Of a DNA stretch of 64,000 nucleotides, positions 26,673 to 40,652 are shown piece by piece (positions within the stretch are counted from its first letter, which is position 1; each line of letters begins with the position of its first letter). Below the pieces are notes generated by a model. That model worked only from the letters and a program-made list of their open reading frames with translations. It had not been told where the DNA came from and did no database searches. This stretch comes from Eledone cirrhosa. Its lineage: Eukaryota. The translations under genes were made by a program, and so were the position numbers. The stretch covers positions 8,060,001 through 8,124,000 of the forward strand of contig OZ024747.1 of NCBI GenBank assembly GCA_964016885.1. Direction: 5' to 3'.

Positions 26673-27692
26673 GTGCTGAAGCATATAGTTTCAGAACCAG
26701 TGTGCGATGAAAACAGGATGGTCACGTTTGGAATGCATTTCAGCTTAAGTTTGTTCAATCAGTAGGATGAGTATTCAGTTGTTTAATCAATAGCGATGCC
26801 TGTACATTGATTTAGTGTGTAAGTGGCTGAGTATTCCACAGACATGTGTATCTTTCATATAATACTTGGGTAGAATCAACGTAACAAGGCTGGGCCTTTC
26901 AATTACCGTCAGGTTTTTATTTAGTCAGGTGTGGATTAAGATTTGTATATATTCCCCAAGTGAACATCGGGGCCTTTGTGTATTATCTATGGTAGTAACA
27001 AGAAAAAAAATGAATTTGGAGTTCTTTAAATACTGTGGTGTCCCTGGCAAAAACCCAACCTCCCGCTTTAATCTGTCATTACTTTTGTCTACACAATTTC
27101 ACTAAAAAGTTTGAAAGGAGACGTCATGCTGTGGGATTGAACCTGGGACCTAAAGACTGCGAAGTAAATGGCTTAAGCTGAAGATTAAACAGCAAGAAAC
27201 AGTGTAAAACCCCAAAGTAAAGACAAGGAAATGTATGTTATATTTAGCGACAGTAAAACAATATTTGTCCCCCTGTGTTTAAATATCACAACATTCACGC
27301 TGAATTGACGTAAGTTCGAAGTTCAATACAGTCGTTTATTAATTCCTCCGGTACAACAATGTTAGCAATCACTGTATAACAAACAACAAACACATTTTTG
27401 GCTAAAAATTTAGTAAAAATAAGTAATACGCAGTTCTTTCCCTTGCATTAGGAATCGTTTAGTTGAACGGATGGCAGTAACACAGTAAATGTAAAAGCTT
27501 CAAGCTGAAGTTTGAGTTGTAACATGAATAGCTCAAATGTAAGCCGTTCATTACCATATTTCTAATGAAAGACAGAAACAGCTCCCCATTCTACTGTGTG
27601 TATTTTATCGTGGTATCAGCACTAGAGAGGTTGTCACGTCTTTGACATGACTGAAGGGTTTTCCCAGGCAGCACACACACACACACACACAC

Positions 27693-27742
<50 letters not shown>

Positions 27743-27982
27743 TGAGAGAATATCTGTTATATCAAGCGTTAACCTAATATATCCCTTCCATATACTGTAC
27801 CGATTGTGTTGTTATTTCTGTATACCTTTTACATATATATATACATATATATATACATATATGTATATATACATATATATATATACACACATTTATATAT
27901 ACACACATATATATATATACATATATATACACATATATATACACACACACACATATATATATATACACACACACATATATAT

Positions 27983-28013
<31 letters not shown>

Positions 28014-28034
28014 TACACACACACACACATACAT

Positions 28035-28086
<52 letters not shown>

Positions 28087-28354
28087 ACGCTTACGTGGAC
28101 CTCTCAAAATGCGTTGGATTTTCTAATTGGGGTGTCACCCTGAAACTAGATACCAACCCGGAGTACACCTGAACTTCCACCAGGAAATCTTTCGTATCAT
28201 TGAAATTTTCTTTGCTTCTTGCATTTAAATATCCCACGACTCTCTACCACCTTTCCTCTACTTCTTCTTACACCACCTTCTTCTTCTCATCCGTCTATTT
28301 CTTTTCCCAATTCCAACCCGCCCGTCCCCACAGTCTATCTTATTTCTCATACTT

Positions 28355-28390
28355 TCTTCTAATGAAGGACTAGCGCCCGAAACGTTAGGA
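28355..28390 (+). ncRNA. Degenerate minimal hammerhead (G5A core change) in a PLE pLTR-like insert at 28085-28478
   Basis: TCTT-CTAATGA-AGG.ACTAGCG.CCC-GAAAC-GTT-AGGA; the downstream ~75 bp is directly repeated at 27757-27830. Confidence 0.55.
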
Positions 28391-28776
28391 CCTTCTTCCT
28401 GCTATATCAAGCATTAATCTAATATATCCCTTCCATATACTGTACCGATTTTGTTGTTATTTCTGTTTACCTTTTACACACACACACACACACATATATA
28501 TGCTGACAGACGGAAGGACGTAGAGTAAGATACTGTGACCAAGGGATAACATGTAGTGCCAACAGTATTTGAACTCATGACATATAAGGTTACAGGTGTA
28601 GCCTTTTGTGTCCTTAATACTTTTCTCTTGACCACCCTGACAGTTATTGGCACACATTCAAACGAAAGCCCTGTCATCTCCTGTATATGTATATAAACTT
28701 GTATGTACATACCCATATATATGTGTATGAATATACATGCTTACTCACATATTTATGTATATAATCGTGTATACTT

Positions 28777-28886
<110 letters not shown>

Positions 28887-29084
28887 AAGCAGGCATGCTT
28901 ATACATAAATGTATATATGTATGTCTAAGCATGAATATTAACACACATATGTTTATACATGAATGCTTACACACACGTGTGTAAACCTGTATATGTGTGT
29001 GTCTCTGTGTTTAGTTTTTCTTGCTATAGGAACCATTTCAAATGGTTCAGCTCCATAAAACTGTTAATAGAAACGCCCTTATTG

Positions 29085-31187
29085 TAGCATTTGATGTAGT
29101 ATACCGCTATAATACGATCCCACATCAACATGGACAAAATTTCACAATCGAGGGATTAACATTCATCCTAAAAAATATATTTTTTTTAGTTTAATGACAT
29201 CATTAACAAACACACACCTGGGGCCGTAATGGGTACACAAGCTGCTCTGACTTATGCAAATTTAGTCAATATAGATTAAAATACAGCTTGCTTGGTTCTG
29301 TGGACGCACATTTTCGACCAAAATCCTAATTAATAATATTAACTTCACAATTTAAATCATTAAAAAGACATAAACACATTGAAACTGACACCCACTATAA
29401 ACCAATAGGCTCTAAACAATACTTGCTATTCAGTTCATGTCATCCAAGACATACAAAGACAAATATTCCATTTAATCTAGCTAGAATCTTCTGCACAGTT
29501 GTTTCAAGTTATGAATCTCGGAATACAAGACTTCAAGAATTAAAACAAATACTACTTGAAATGTAGTACCCATCAATCTTAATAGATAACGGAATAGAAC
29601 GTGCCAAAACAATAGATATCCAAGAACTACGAAAAACAAAAATCTCTTCAGATACGCTCTATGCCCTACCCTTTATTACAACATGCAATCCGAGAAAAAA
29701 CAAACAAAAACAGAAGCACACAGCATTATCCACCAGAACATTCTACTATTGAGACAATAGCCAAGAATGAAACAAACACGCACCCGAAATACTAAAATAA
29801 TCAAAAGCAAAAGACAACCAAATTCCCGTAAAAAAACTACCTATTAGTGTTAAGTTACCCAAAACAAACCCAGCATCAACAGTCAAAAAGTGTGATCACC
29901 CTAACTGAGGAACCTGCATTAACCTTATTGACGACACATCGTATAAATTTAAATCAGGACAAATTATCATCGTAAAAAATCATTTCACCTGTTCGTTAAA
30001 CAAATTTAAAGTATAATATTTAATGTAAAGGATATGACGAAGACTGCACAGAGCAAACACAGTTTACCCTCAGAAACAGAATGACTATTCATCGTAAACA
30101 ACTACGAGACGAGACCTCAGTACTAGACAGATTCCACTGAGTGGGCATTTAGACTTATGTGCGACAAATAAGTCTCTCAAATTCCAGGTCTTCCCACTTT
30201 ACCTTTGTTCAGACAATACTACAGATCAAACACGAATAAATAAAGGAAATATATTTATACAAAAATACAGACCACAACTGAATAAACTTTAACAAGGTAC
30301 ATTCACTAACTACTCACACACAAACACAGATAAACATACACACACATACAATTTATGTTCATTCAGCAATTTGACATCTTAAATTTACACTGCGGAGAGC
30401 CTTATCTTTTGGCACAATTAGGACGTATTTTCACATGACACTAATGTACAGACGTAATGGAGGACAACATTTTATGCCTTCATACAATTCTTGTTCATTC
30501 TGCCATTTGACATATTGAAGTTACAGAACATCGATTTTTTTGCACTGTCAATAGACACATGCAGTGAACCATGACAGCTTTAACTTTTGGCCAATTACAG
30601 TCATTATTATTACTTTTTTGTCACGCAAACACTAATGACTGACATAGGAGGGAACTGACAAAATTTCATGGCTACACATATATACAATTACTATTCATTG
30701 TATCACCTGCAGTAACGTTGCCAGCGTGTCGGCTTGTCTCAAAAAGGTTTTAGAGGGAGGTTCCCAAATCTACTTCCATTAGTAGTTATTCAGAGATTAC
30801 ATTTAGGGAACCATGATTGTTTGGGTCCATACTAATGCGTGAAGAACTAACGAAATGCTGTGCCTAATCCCGTGATCGTCCTCAACCAATCAAATTGTAT
30901 CTTAAACAGACAACAATTTGAGTCATGTTTTTTCATGAGAACGAAAGAATTTGTGAAACCAGTTAACTTATTGTAAACTGGTCTCTCATTTGGATGATTA
31001 TACACATCTTCTGATGAAGGTCCAATTGGGTTTGAAAATCGACTAATTGACAAAATTTAAATCCATTTAACATAACAATTATAAAAACATTCATTCTGTC
31101 GGTTAAAGAAAAAAGTAATATCTCTTGCCTTTTCACTTTTACAATTGACCTATACTCTTTGATTTGTATGGAATTTTACCTGTTTTC

Positions 31188-31190
<3 letters not shown>
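29085..31190 (+). mobile_element. Degraded Penelope-like element (RT, Cys linker, GIY-YIG) with 3' UTR/pLTR
   Basis: FDV..Y..IPH..G, MGT..A..YANL, IETD.HYKP..SKQYL.F.SCHP.HTK.NIPFNLAR, C..PN*GTC, QT..TLRNRM..HR remnants; degenerate CTGATGA..GAAA at 31011-31037; ends at (TA)n. Confidence 0.8.
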
Positions 31191-31220
<30 letters not shown>

Positions 31221-31223
<3 letters not shown>

Positions 31224-31607
31224 AAAGTTATATTTAAATTGTTGGGTTAACAACGAGTAAATATTTATAACTGATATAAAAGCACTCAACAAGTATTTGG
31301 AGTATATTTATGATATTAAATAAATGGAAACTATATTTATAAAACCATATTTATTTCGTTATATATATTTCAGGGATATCATATTAACAATATGTTATGC
31401 CATCTTCAGACAAAATACAATATAAACAGTCTTATAAATAAATGCAAGGTGATTGAAAGGTATGTCGTATCTATTTATTTATAAGACTGTTTATATTGTA
31501 TTTTGTCTGAAGATGGCATAACATATTGTTAATATGATATCCCTGAAATATATATAACGAAATAAATATGGTTTTATAAATATAGTTTCCATTTATTTAA
31601 TATCATA
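31221..31607. repeat. (TA)n-flanked insert with an apparently perfect ~135-bp inverted repeat
   Basis: Arms 31309-31443 / 31473-31607, 29-nt spacer. Confidence 0.95.
31499..31564 (+). ncRNA. Minimal type I hammerhead ribozyme (mirror copy on - strand at ~31352-31417)
   Basis: TATTTTGT-CTGAAGA-stem II containing CATATT/AATATG-GAAAT-ATAT-ATA-ACGAAATA; 8-bp stem I. Confidence 0.75.
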
Positions 31608-31726
31608 TATATATATATATATATATAACCGAATAGCGGTTTGTAACATGTAAACAAAGATTCGCTGTGATCTTTTGGTGCGTTCGAAAAGATGACCATG
31701 TTGAGGTAATTTTTCATAAAATGAGA

Positions 31727-31770
31727 TTGATTTTGAAAAGTCTTATGAGGACGAAACATTTGTAAATCAA
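31727..31770 (+). ncRNA. Variant minimal hammerhead with U3-A8 core
   Basis: TTGATT-TTGAAAA-GTCTT.ATG.AGGAC-GAAAC-ATTT-GTA-AATCAA. Confidence 0.55.
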
Positions 31771-32561
31771 AATATGATGGTCGTTTTGGCGCCACGATAA
31801 ATCACCCAGAACACACTGTAATGTGGTTGGAATTAGGAAGTGCATCTAGCTGTAAAAACCAAGCCAAAATACAGATGTCTGTGAGAAAGACGTGGTCAAC
31901 ATGTCTAACCCAAGCAACCGTGGAAAAATGGACGTTAAACGATATATATGTGTGTGTGTACGTGCGGTTGTGTTTAACATGCGTGTGTGCAGGCGCAAGT
32001 TTAACGCGTGTGTCTGTGTGTTCGTGCTTAAGAAATATAATCAGTGTCAAGTACGATATAGTAAGTCCATAGAAGAGAGGCAACTCTTTTAAGGGACATA
32101 ACTCTGGCAATGATAGGAAATAATACAGGGGTGATAATAATAGATTTAGGACCCTTGATGCTCCAATAAAAAAAAAGGATCCATTAAAATACTGAATCAT
32201 GTTAGAGAGAGAGAGAGAGAAAGAAAAGGGAGGAGGAGGCGGTTGTGTGCATGTTGGTATTAAAAGGGTTAAGACGATTTTCCATACTAAGGCAGGGGTT
32301 AACCTGTAGCCCCCTGCCCATGCCAAGGCTCCCCGGTACTCTAGTAGTTATGTAAGAAGAAATCACTGCAAAAATAGTTACATAGGTATATTTTACACAT
32401 CTCTACATCAAGGAACATCAACATAACATCACTGTTTTTTTTTCATTCTTGTATACAAAGTAAATACTTAACACCACAAACTGTTATTCATTGAGATACA
32501 AAATAGAGCATATAATCTGAAGTTTACATATCACACATGAATAATATAGAAGGTAGGTTAC

Positions 32562-34943
32562 CTGAGAAGCTGAAAGTCTTTTTCCAGGTGATGTTAACGA
32601 CGTCCATTCAACAGGTAGTTCCTGCTCTGGACAGAAATCCCTTCTAGATCTCATTGATGGTGTACTGTGATGAACCCCTTCATCAGGGTTCTGTGATATT
32701 GCAAAAGGATTGTTACTTTGAGATATCATTAAACATTTTTCTCTTCCTTGTTGCATGGCTGGATTCATTGCTGCTGTATGTAACATAGTTCTCCTTCTGT
32801 TACATCTCACTATACATATTGTTATTGTAACAACTATAGCAATAGATATCACTACAGCTGTAACAACTATGATAATTACTAAGTTGATATCTATCATGTC
32901 ACTAGACTGGATGTGAGCAGCTGTCAACATTGGAGATGTTCTATTGCTGACAGTTAATGTTAAAGATAGAGTGGTAGTTGCTGACAGCACTGGGCTGCCA
33001 CTGTCTTTCACAACTAACAGCAGGTTGTAGGAACCAGCATCATTTTGGTAAACTGGTCGAGAGAAAGTTAATACACCAGAATGTGAATTAATGGTAAATA
33101 ATCGTTTGTTATTACCTGCCAAAATTAAAAATGTAAGGAAAGCATTTTCCCGACTGTCTCTGTCTGAAGCTCTCAGAACTGTGATGTCATTCTTACTTTG
33201 AGGGTGATAGTGAACATCCAGACTGAAAGGGTTAACACTAGGGAAGGTGAAATATGGAGCATTGTCATTCTCATCCATGACTTCAACAATAACATTTGCT
33301 GTACTGTTTAGAGAAGGAGATCCATTATCACTAACGGACACCTTAAATATATATGATTTAGATTGTTCGCGATCCAATGACTTGGTTGTTGACAAGAAGC
33401 CATAGTTTGTAATTTGAAAAGGGACTGGATATTTATTATTATTTATTACAGAAAACAGAAGTTTCCCCCCATCACCCAAATCAGGATCTGTTGCATTGAT
33501 GAAACCAACAGGGAAGTTTGGTTCTTCATTCTCATAAGTTAAAAACTTAAAAGTATCTTTAGTAAAGTGAGGCTGTACATCATTAACATCAATTACTTGG
33601 ATGGAGAATTTTCTCTCTGTCCATAACGGAGGTGATCCTTTATCCTGGCAAGAAATTTTGATACTATAATGGTCCTGTTTTTCTCTGTCAACTTCTTTTT
33701 TAATTATTATTTTGTATTCATTTGATCCTAGATTGAGTAGTTGGAATTTTTCACTATTCAAAGTGCAGTGAACTTCTCCATTTAAGCCAACATCTTTATC
33801 AATAACACTGACATAAGCAATAAAACTACCTATTTTCATTCCTTCAGAAATAGCTGCAATATTCTTTTGTACTTCAGACACAAAATTCACATCAATTTCT
33901 GGAGCGTTGTTCTGTTGATTTATTAAATTTACTAAAACAGTTGCAATGGAACTTAGTGGGGGGCTTCCCCCATCTTTAGCTTCAACAAACAGCTTATAAT
34001 TCCTTAACTGTTCTGAGAAAAATCTCTGTAACAAAAATATCTCGCCTGTTTTTTCATTTAATTTGAAATTATGTTTCGCTATGTCAGATGTCTTTGAACT
34101 GAAATGGTAAGATATTTTACTATTTTCTTGTGAATCTGTGTCTTTGGCAGATAAAACCACAACTGGGATGGATCTTTGGTGGGAGTTCTTTATTGTAACA
34201 TTGTACACCTCTTGAGTAAACACTGGTGCATTGTCATTAATGTCGATAACAGATATATGGACATCTAAGACCCCTTGCATTGGAGGTGAGCCCCCATCTT
34301 TTGCAATAACTTGAAGGTAATAGTCCGACACTAGTTCACGGTCCAGTGTCTCACCTAAAACTAATTTTACTTTAGATGTTCCATCTACTCTTTTGGAAAC
34401 TGTCAATGAAAATGGTTCATTTGATTTCTTTAAGGTATACACTATCTGAGAATTTAAAATACCTACATCTTTATCAACAGCATTTAGTAAAGATTTCTTG
34501 GTACCTTTCCCATTAGTTTCGTCAAATTTTAGATCAATTGATTTTATAGGAAATTCAGGTTGATTGTCATTGATATCTTTTATAACGATTTTCACTTTCA
34601 AAACTTTGATAAATGTTTGTGCATGACGGAGTGCAATTTTGATAATGTCAAAACATTCTGTGTTGTAGATGCAAAGTGTTTCGGCATCAATAGTTTGGAT
34701 GGTGTATAATTTACCTGTTTTGGTAACATTGAATAATTGGGAGCCCCTTGTAGGTCTCTGGGCAAGTTGGTTGAATGTAACGACGGTCCGGTATTTTAAA
34801 GGTAAAATGTTCCACAGACGTGAATCGGAAGCAATGTTTCCAATATAAGTGCCAATATTCTTTCCTTCTTCAACATGGTAAACAAGATCCACACATGTGG
34901 AACCATGAAGGAAGACAAATACAATATAAACACATAGCCACAT
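32562..34943 (-). CDS. Pcdh: Protocadherin large exon: signal peptide, six cadherin repeats, TM helix, proximal cytoplasmic tail
   Basis: Lies within ORF 32484-35030; DINDNQPEF, LDRE, DINDNAPVF, DVNDVQPHF and DENDNAPYF linkers; TM LVIIIVVTAVVISIAIVVTITICIV; acceptor ttttctttttcag before 34981; gaaaccATG at 34943; donor CAG|gtaacc after 32562. Confidence 0.95.
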
Positions 34944-35933
34944 GGTTTCTATTACATTGAAGAAAAAAATAGCAAATGTTTCTGAAAAAGAAAATAAATA
35001 AATGGTAGTTAGCAATAATTTAATATACATTAATATAAGATATTAGTAATATAGATTAATATAGGTTAGTATAATATAGCATTAATATAGATTAACATAA
35101 TATAAATTAATATATATCATTAATATAGATTAATATAATCATAATCATCATCATCATCATCATCATTTTACGTCTGCTTTTCCCTACTTGCAAGGATGGG
35201 ACGGGTCCTATTCGTGAGCTTCAGCGATCTGAGGTTTGCTCTCACCACCTCCGCCCATGTTTTTCATGGTCTTCCTCTACTGCGTCTTCCTTCTACTGGG
35301 ATTTCTTGGCGCTTCTTTACCCATTTAAACCGGCCATATATGGCCATAATTCTCTCACCTTTTTCTGTTCAAACCGGTTGTAACCAGCCACCCATACTGA
35401 TATTAAGGTATTGTTCTCAAAATGAATATCAAAATCTCATAGATTCTATATTATGTGAGATAAAGCCTTTACTGTGACTATATAATAGTAAATATAGAGT
35501 AATTTAAATGCTAAAGGGTTAAGATAAAATATCAAGAACATAATTAACCCTTTTGTGGTGGTTTTCTAATAGGATTGGGTGGGATAAATACAGAGACGGT
35601 GAGAGTAGTTTCTAAGGAGCATCAGGGATGAAGGTAAGGAGTCAAATTTTTGTGCTGGCAGTTAGGTTTTCTCGAGTACTGCCTGTCCCCAGTTCCTGCA
35701 GCCCTTTGTTATTTCTATCATGAGATTTACCTTCTTACAGATGGTCTTCACTACTTAATCCCCATGTCTTCTTCAGTCTCTGTATTGATTTCTAACATAA
35801 GCACAAGGCCCCAAATTTGGGGCAGGGTATAATCAATTAGATCAACCAAATGCTGAACTGGTACTTATCTTATTAACTGCAATAAGTTATAATCTTACAC
35901 TCCACATTAACAGCAAAACACATTCTTGATATA

Positions 35934-36745
35934 TGGTGGATTAGCAGAATCAGTAGAGCGTCAGACAACATGTTTGCGGCATATAGTTACAGCCCTTTAT
36001 GTTCTGACTTCAAATCCTGCTGAGGTTAGCTTTGATGTTCCTCCTTACAGGGTCGATAAAATAAAGTACCAGTAATGCACTGGGGTCAATTTAATTGACT
36101 TTCCCCTCCCCCAAATTGTTGGCCTTGTGCCTAAATCAAAATCATTATTTATATACAAGGTTAACTTTGCCTTTCATCGTTACGGGGTCAATAAAATAAA
36201 GTACCAGTAATGTACTGGGTAATTGCTGGCCTTGTGCCAAAAGTAGAAACAATTATTTATATACAATTATCAATAACAGTGAAGGTGTTTAGCTCAGGGG
36301 TTTGGCTGTTTGGCTCACCACCATAATATGGATTCCTTTGTTGTATCCTTGAGCAAGACACTTTATATCACATTACTCCATTCCACTCAGCTAAGAAAAA
36401 ATGAATTGTATTTATAATTCAAAGGGGCAACTTTGTCACACATTGTGTCACTGTGTCATGCTGAATCTCCCTGAGAATTAAATTTAAACAACATGTGTTT
36501 ATGGAATGCTCAGCCACTACTTGCACGTTAATTTTAAAAGCTGATTGAACAACTGGAACACTAATTGTTGGAACTGATGGAGGTCCAATAACATTATCAA
36601 TAACAATATTTGAACTCCATTCTGAGTTCAAATCGTGCCAAGGTTAACTTTGCCTTTCATCCTTACGGGGTCGATAAAATAAAGTACCTGTAATACACTG
36701 GGATAATTGCTGACCTTGTGCCAAAAGTAGAAACAATTATCAATA
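35934..36745 (+). mobile_element. Cluster of tRNA-derived SINEs (Meta-like and CORE-like)
   Basis: Repeated gcctttcatccttacggggtcgataaaataaagtacc and gtatccttgagcaagacactt motifs. Confidence 0.75.
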
Positions 36746-37619
36746 ACAACATTGATAGGAAATGGTCCCTGATATTTTGAAGGATAATTTATATAAGAAA
36801 TTAGCAGACAATAAACAAAAGCTAGTAACTGATAATTCTTGGCTATCATCATTAAATAACAATGAGAGAAATCCTTTGTTAAGTTAAGCCTGACATTTCA
36901 GAAGAAGGATATGGTAATTTTTTTAGAGGAATATTTGAATTGATGATGCCTTGTCATGATTTAGTTGTACATACACATACATACAAAAAAAAGAATAAAT
37001 TTTAATGATTGAATATAAAGGAAATGTCTCCAGGCAAAACTTCTGCATAAAAATCAATCCGTTATTCTTTGTCAAGAGTAAAAAAAAAAAATGTTTTAAG
37101 TGAAGCAAATAAGAAACTATTGAGAATATCTTCACATTTTTATGTGGAAATTCATGATATACTTAGAGATACTAAATCACTAAAGTATTTGAGAATAGCA
37201 CAAGAGTGCTTTATGCATGCTGTAAGTTTTACATTAAAGAACAAAAACAATAATAATAATAATAATAGGGTTTTGTAGTTGAAGTATTGTGTTACGTGTA
37301 GAAATTAATGTGTTTTATTAGAAGGCTACAGCAATATAAATAGGACATTAAATGTTAAAAATAATGATAACAAAGTCGTTACCTTGGAGTTGGTCATTAT
37401 TTTTAACATTTACATTGCTGTAAATATACTTTAGGAAGTTTTTGTCCAACTCCTTTGGTTAACTTTTTTTTCTATTTATTTTTGTTCTTTGTTCTTGTTT
37501 TGAGAAGAAAAGTTAGTAAAGTGAAGACTTGAGGAAAATATTTCAGGACATTTATTATAAACTGTATTTTCTAAATCTGAGAGTGTTTCATTGAAAAGTA
37601 GAGGAGCTGTGCCATCCAG

Positions 37620-39520
37620 TGTCACCCTCCCTCCCTACTTAGCTTGGTGACAGGCCTAATTCCATGCTTGTCCACAATGTTCCCAAGGAAAGACAAAAAA
37701 AATAATACCATCCCTCCACTGAAAACACAAACAGATGGATTAATCCTGATGCCATAATGACAAAAATGAAGAAAGAGTTCCTCAAGGGGAGTTAAGTATT
37801 CTTCATATGATTTACTTGCTATGAATACATCATCAATACCTGCAAACATGAAATTGAGTCATTGGTTACTTCATTAATAAAACGCTAGAATCTATTAGGA
37901 GCATTTCTTCATGTGAAGTTCATTGAAATGAATTCAAATAGTCTAAACGATGCTGCGACTGCTGTTTTTGGAATGTCATTCGGTTCAACAGGTATTTGAT
38001 TATAAGATAAATCTTAGAAAAAATACTGACTCTGTTTAATGAATACAAAAAAATCATCAATATGAGGAATGTGGTATTTAATAAAGAACTATGTGAGAAG
38101 TTTACATGGGATAATTTCTATAAGAGTGCCAGTCACTGGAATATTTCTCAGAAACCATAAGTAAAAGAGAAGACTAATTTCCAGATGAAGGATGAATTAT
38201 ATCAAATTCTAATCTGAATTGAATTCCTGTTTACCTTTCCTGAAATGATCTGTAGCCAACCTCCAAAGTTTAGAAAAAAAAACTGTTTTTTGTAATAATG
38301 TGATGAGTGATATTATGACAAGTCCTTGTACACAAAAAACCCTTTCATGACTGCATTTCTATTGTAATACACTATGTTTCAATTAATTAATGAAGAATTT
38401 CGAGGGATTTACTAAAATTATTAATTATATTTCATTGCTAAAATAGTAACTTAATGTGAGTTTCTTGTATAAAATTATGTTGGAGGATTTTAATTCAAAT
38501 TGGAAACTTTGAAAATGGGTGACTTTATTTCATAGAAGCAGAGTTGGTTTTGGCTGGGCTGGTAACAAAAGGGTTAAATAATAAGCTTGGAAATATACTT
38601 ATCCCAGCTTCAGTGTCTATAAGGAATTTATTTTTCATTCATAGAAGGCATAAAAATTTCATGATAAGATTTTCACTACACGAGAAGACATGAAAAAGTC
38701 AAGCACATGAAAAAGATGACTGCTGGGCAAAAACTGACCAGTTGAAATAGCAGTCTCTATTTGCTTGTATTCTGGCTTTCTGAATCATTTGATGGCGATG
38801 ATGCCAATATTTTCTTCCATAATTTTTTCTTGAAGGACTAGTATTATTTTTTTTTTTATTAATGTCTGTCTCTTTCTTCTTATATAGAATGAGATCTTCA
38901 TCCATTTTAATTAAAAATTCTATAGCTGCTTTGAAAGTGACTGAATTAGTCTAGTCTGATTTACTGCAAGCTTCCAATAATCATTTAATACTGCAGCTAA
39001 GTTACTTCCTAATAAATTTCGAGCGAAAATATTTTGTGATGAACCTGAAACATTTAAGACATTATCTGTTAATTTCATCAACTGGTCTATAATAGCGAGC
39101 ACAGTCAACATATTCTCCCTCCAAAAAGAGACTTATTTCCAAAACTAAAGGGAAAAATGATATTGATAGAATAATAAAACAAAGAACTGGAATATCCAAT
39201 TTATCATCTGTAGCTATAATTCTATTGAATACAACACATCCACTAGAATGAATATTAGTAAAATATCAAATATAAACAAAAGAAATAAGCCTATTGATAT
39301 TTTAAGTAACACAGTGACTATAGATTTTAAAAAACTTCTTGTAAAGAAAGAAAAAAATTGAAATAATAATTCTTTAAAAATGTTATTTTGTACAGTCAAG
39401 TGATAACATTTCTGATTAGAAATAATTAAAAAAAACTGGAACTGGAAATACCACAAGGTCAGAAACGACGCATAAGGTGTATTTTGTGAAAGAAAAAAGC
39501 AAAAACAAAGCTTCATAACA
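37620..39520 (-). mobile_element. Degraded Ty3/Gypsy LTR retrotransposon internal remnant (gag-like and RT)
   Basis: IPVEPNDIPKTAV..FRLFEF, GIDDVFIAS..., INPSVCVF, FLGNIVDKHGIRP; interrupted by a MITE; gag assignment is weaker. Confidence 0.7.
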
Positions 39521-40652
39521 GTTGGAGATTGAAGAGAAAAAGAAAACCTGACCTGCTAGAAATAACACTGAAATTATATTTAACAAAAAAATTCCTTTCA
39601 GTTAAAATTCAGGGATATGAATTAGGATCTAACATAATACTAAATTAGCAACTGTTTGCTACGTGCACAAACTTGATGTCTATCATAACTAAGAAAAATG
39701 CCCCAAAATGTAATATTTGTAAAAAGTAATGTAAAATAAACATTATGGTTTTACATAGCAGGTCTAAAAGAAAATGTTTTCTCATGCAGTGAAAATCCTA
39801 TCATGAAATTTTTATGCTCTCTATATTTAAATGAAAGGAAAGGTCACTATTTTTATGTAGTGATAAATGTGTGCAGAAATAATGCAGCAAACCAAATATC
39901 TGCTGAAGTTGGTGATTTTTCAAAAACTGCAGCCATTACCTTCAACAACATTGCATCACCTCTGAGAACTGTTTAATCATTTATGTGATTATATATTTTC
40001 TTTTGTGGTGAATTGGCAGAGTTGTTAGAACGTCGGACAGAGTGCTTTGTGATATTCGTTCCGACTCTCTGCCCTCCCAGTTCAAATTCCGCTAAGGTCA
40101 ACTTTGCCTTTCCTTCATTCCAAGTCAATAAAAAAAAGTACCAGTTTTGTACTGGGGCCAATTATTCCTCTGAGTCTCTTCCTCACTTACATTCTCTCAC
40201 TCTCTATCTTTCTCTGTAAGAAATCTTCTGAATTCAGACCTGGAGAGGAATAGGCTCCGCCAGGTTTAAGAGTGCCCTAGAAATACTGTATGCACCCTGA
40301 TGACTCCTTCAGGAGTTATCTGACCATCCATCCATATTTTCTTTTATACTTATTCTTCCTTCCATTGGCTTTCCCTATTTGAAATTTTTTTCATTTTTAT
40401 TTTTACATTCACTTATTTCTGTCTATCTTGCTTTTTGTTTCTCAACTGTAAGAAACACTAGATACCTCTCTTAGTCTGTCATGGTTTACTAGCTCTATAC
40501 GGACGTTTAAATAGATAGTAAATAAATAAATATAGTATTTATGATGAGCACTGCAATGTGTTTTTGTGGTTTATTTTCCTTGTCATCGTCTAATTCTACC
40601 AATGGAAAAGAAAATTAAAGTTGTTCTTGACTTTCCATTCTTACATCCTTAA

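Noticed and set aside
34944-35030. ORF-track N-terminal extension of the protocadherin (and C-terminal 32484-32561)
   Set aside because: These extend across the splice acceptor and donor; the signal peptide begins at the ATG at 34943
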